Shown: positions 63,558-64,000 of the stretch, one piece after another
Layout: the number at the start of each line of letters is the position of its first letter
Position numbering within the stretch: the first letter of the stretch is position 1
NCBI GenBank assembly: GCA_950097015.1
Contig: CATNEN010000033.1
Span: forward strand, 1,426,001 to 1,490,000
Direction of reading: 5' to 3'
Origin: Macrostomum hystrix
Taxonomy: Eukaryota; Animalia; Platyhelminthes
Length of the DNA: 64,000 nt
Translations under genes and position numbers: made by a program
Notes under the pieces: generated by a model
Told to the model about the DNA's origin: nothing
Databases searched by the model: none
The model's input: only the letters and a program-made list of their open reading frames with translations

Positions 63558-64000
63558 ACTTTTCAACGACCGGTGTTCATTAGCTTACTGCTTCTCTTTA
63601 TTTGCCGAGAGTGCTGCCGAATAGCGAGTTACTCTGTCTTGTGTACTTTGGCTACGCATTGTTCGGAGTGTAACATGCTGTTAGTTTGGGTTGGGTCAAT
63701 CTAATTTGCTAATAGCGCCTTACTAAACTCAGTTACCAGGTACAACACAGTTTGTTACATTTATGCTTTTTCTCGGTAGTAACTCAAATAACTAAACAAA
63801 GGGATTTCAGGACCAGCTAGTCCTAAAATTATTATTTTCCTCCTTTAACTATCGACTAGGAAACTCAATCCATGCTTATCCCGTGCTCCAAGTTCCTATT
63901 TGGCTATATTGGATTATCTAAAAGCAAAATAAATTCAATTAAGAATCTTAACTTGTCGTCAAATTGTTAACACAAAACAAGAAACATATTTCGGCTTCAC

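Overview
Eukaryotic, intron-rich animal genomic DNA; no prokaryotic features and no CRISPR. The mix of GC-rich exons, AT-rich spacers and minisatellite-filled introns suggests a free-living flatworm such as Macrostomum (inference only). Left third: a ~17-exon POMGNT1-like (GT13) gene on the minus strand (~736-13.9 kb, ~653 aa by manual splicing) with substituted catalytic motifs. Its 6.9-kb intron holds a complete type I hammerhead ribozyme placed between Pol III A and B boxes inside a long inverted repeat, next to a decayed Penelope-like RT. Middle: a 21.9-kb satellite of ~359 x 61-bp units (16026-37907) whose common variants all fall on CpG sites and which shows nested higher-order duplications. 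Right third: two tandem single-CRD TNFR-like receptor genes, an unknown helical-repeat gene, intronless DCP1, a Mutator-type MITE with a 9-bp TSD, a C6orf89-like gene, a CERS1-like ceramide synthase and proteasome beta5. There are also three copies of a tRNA-derived CORE-type SINE. All gene models and family calls come from manual reading and recalled family motifs; no database search was run.
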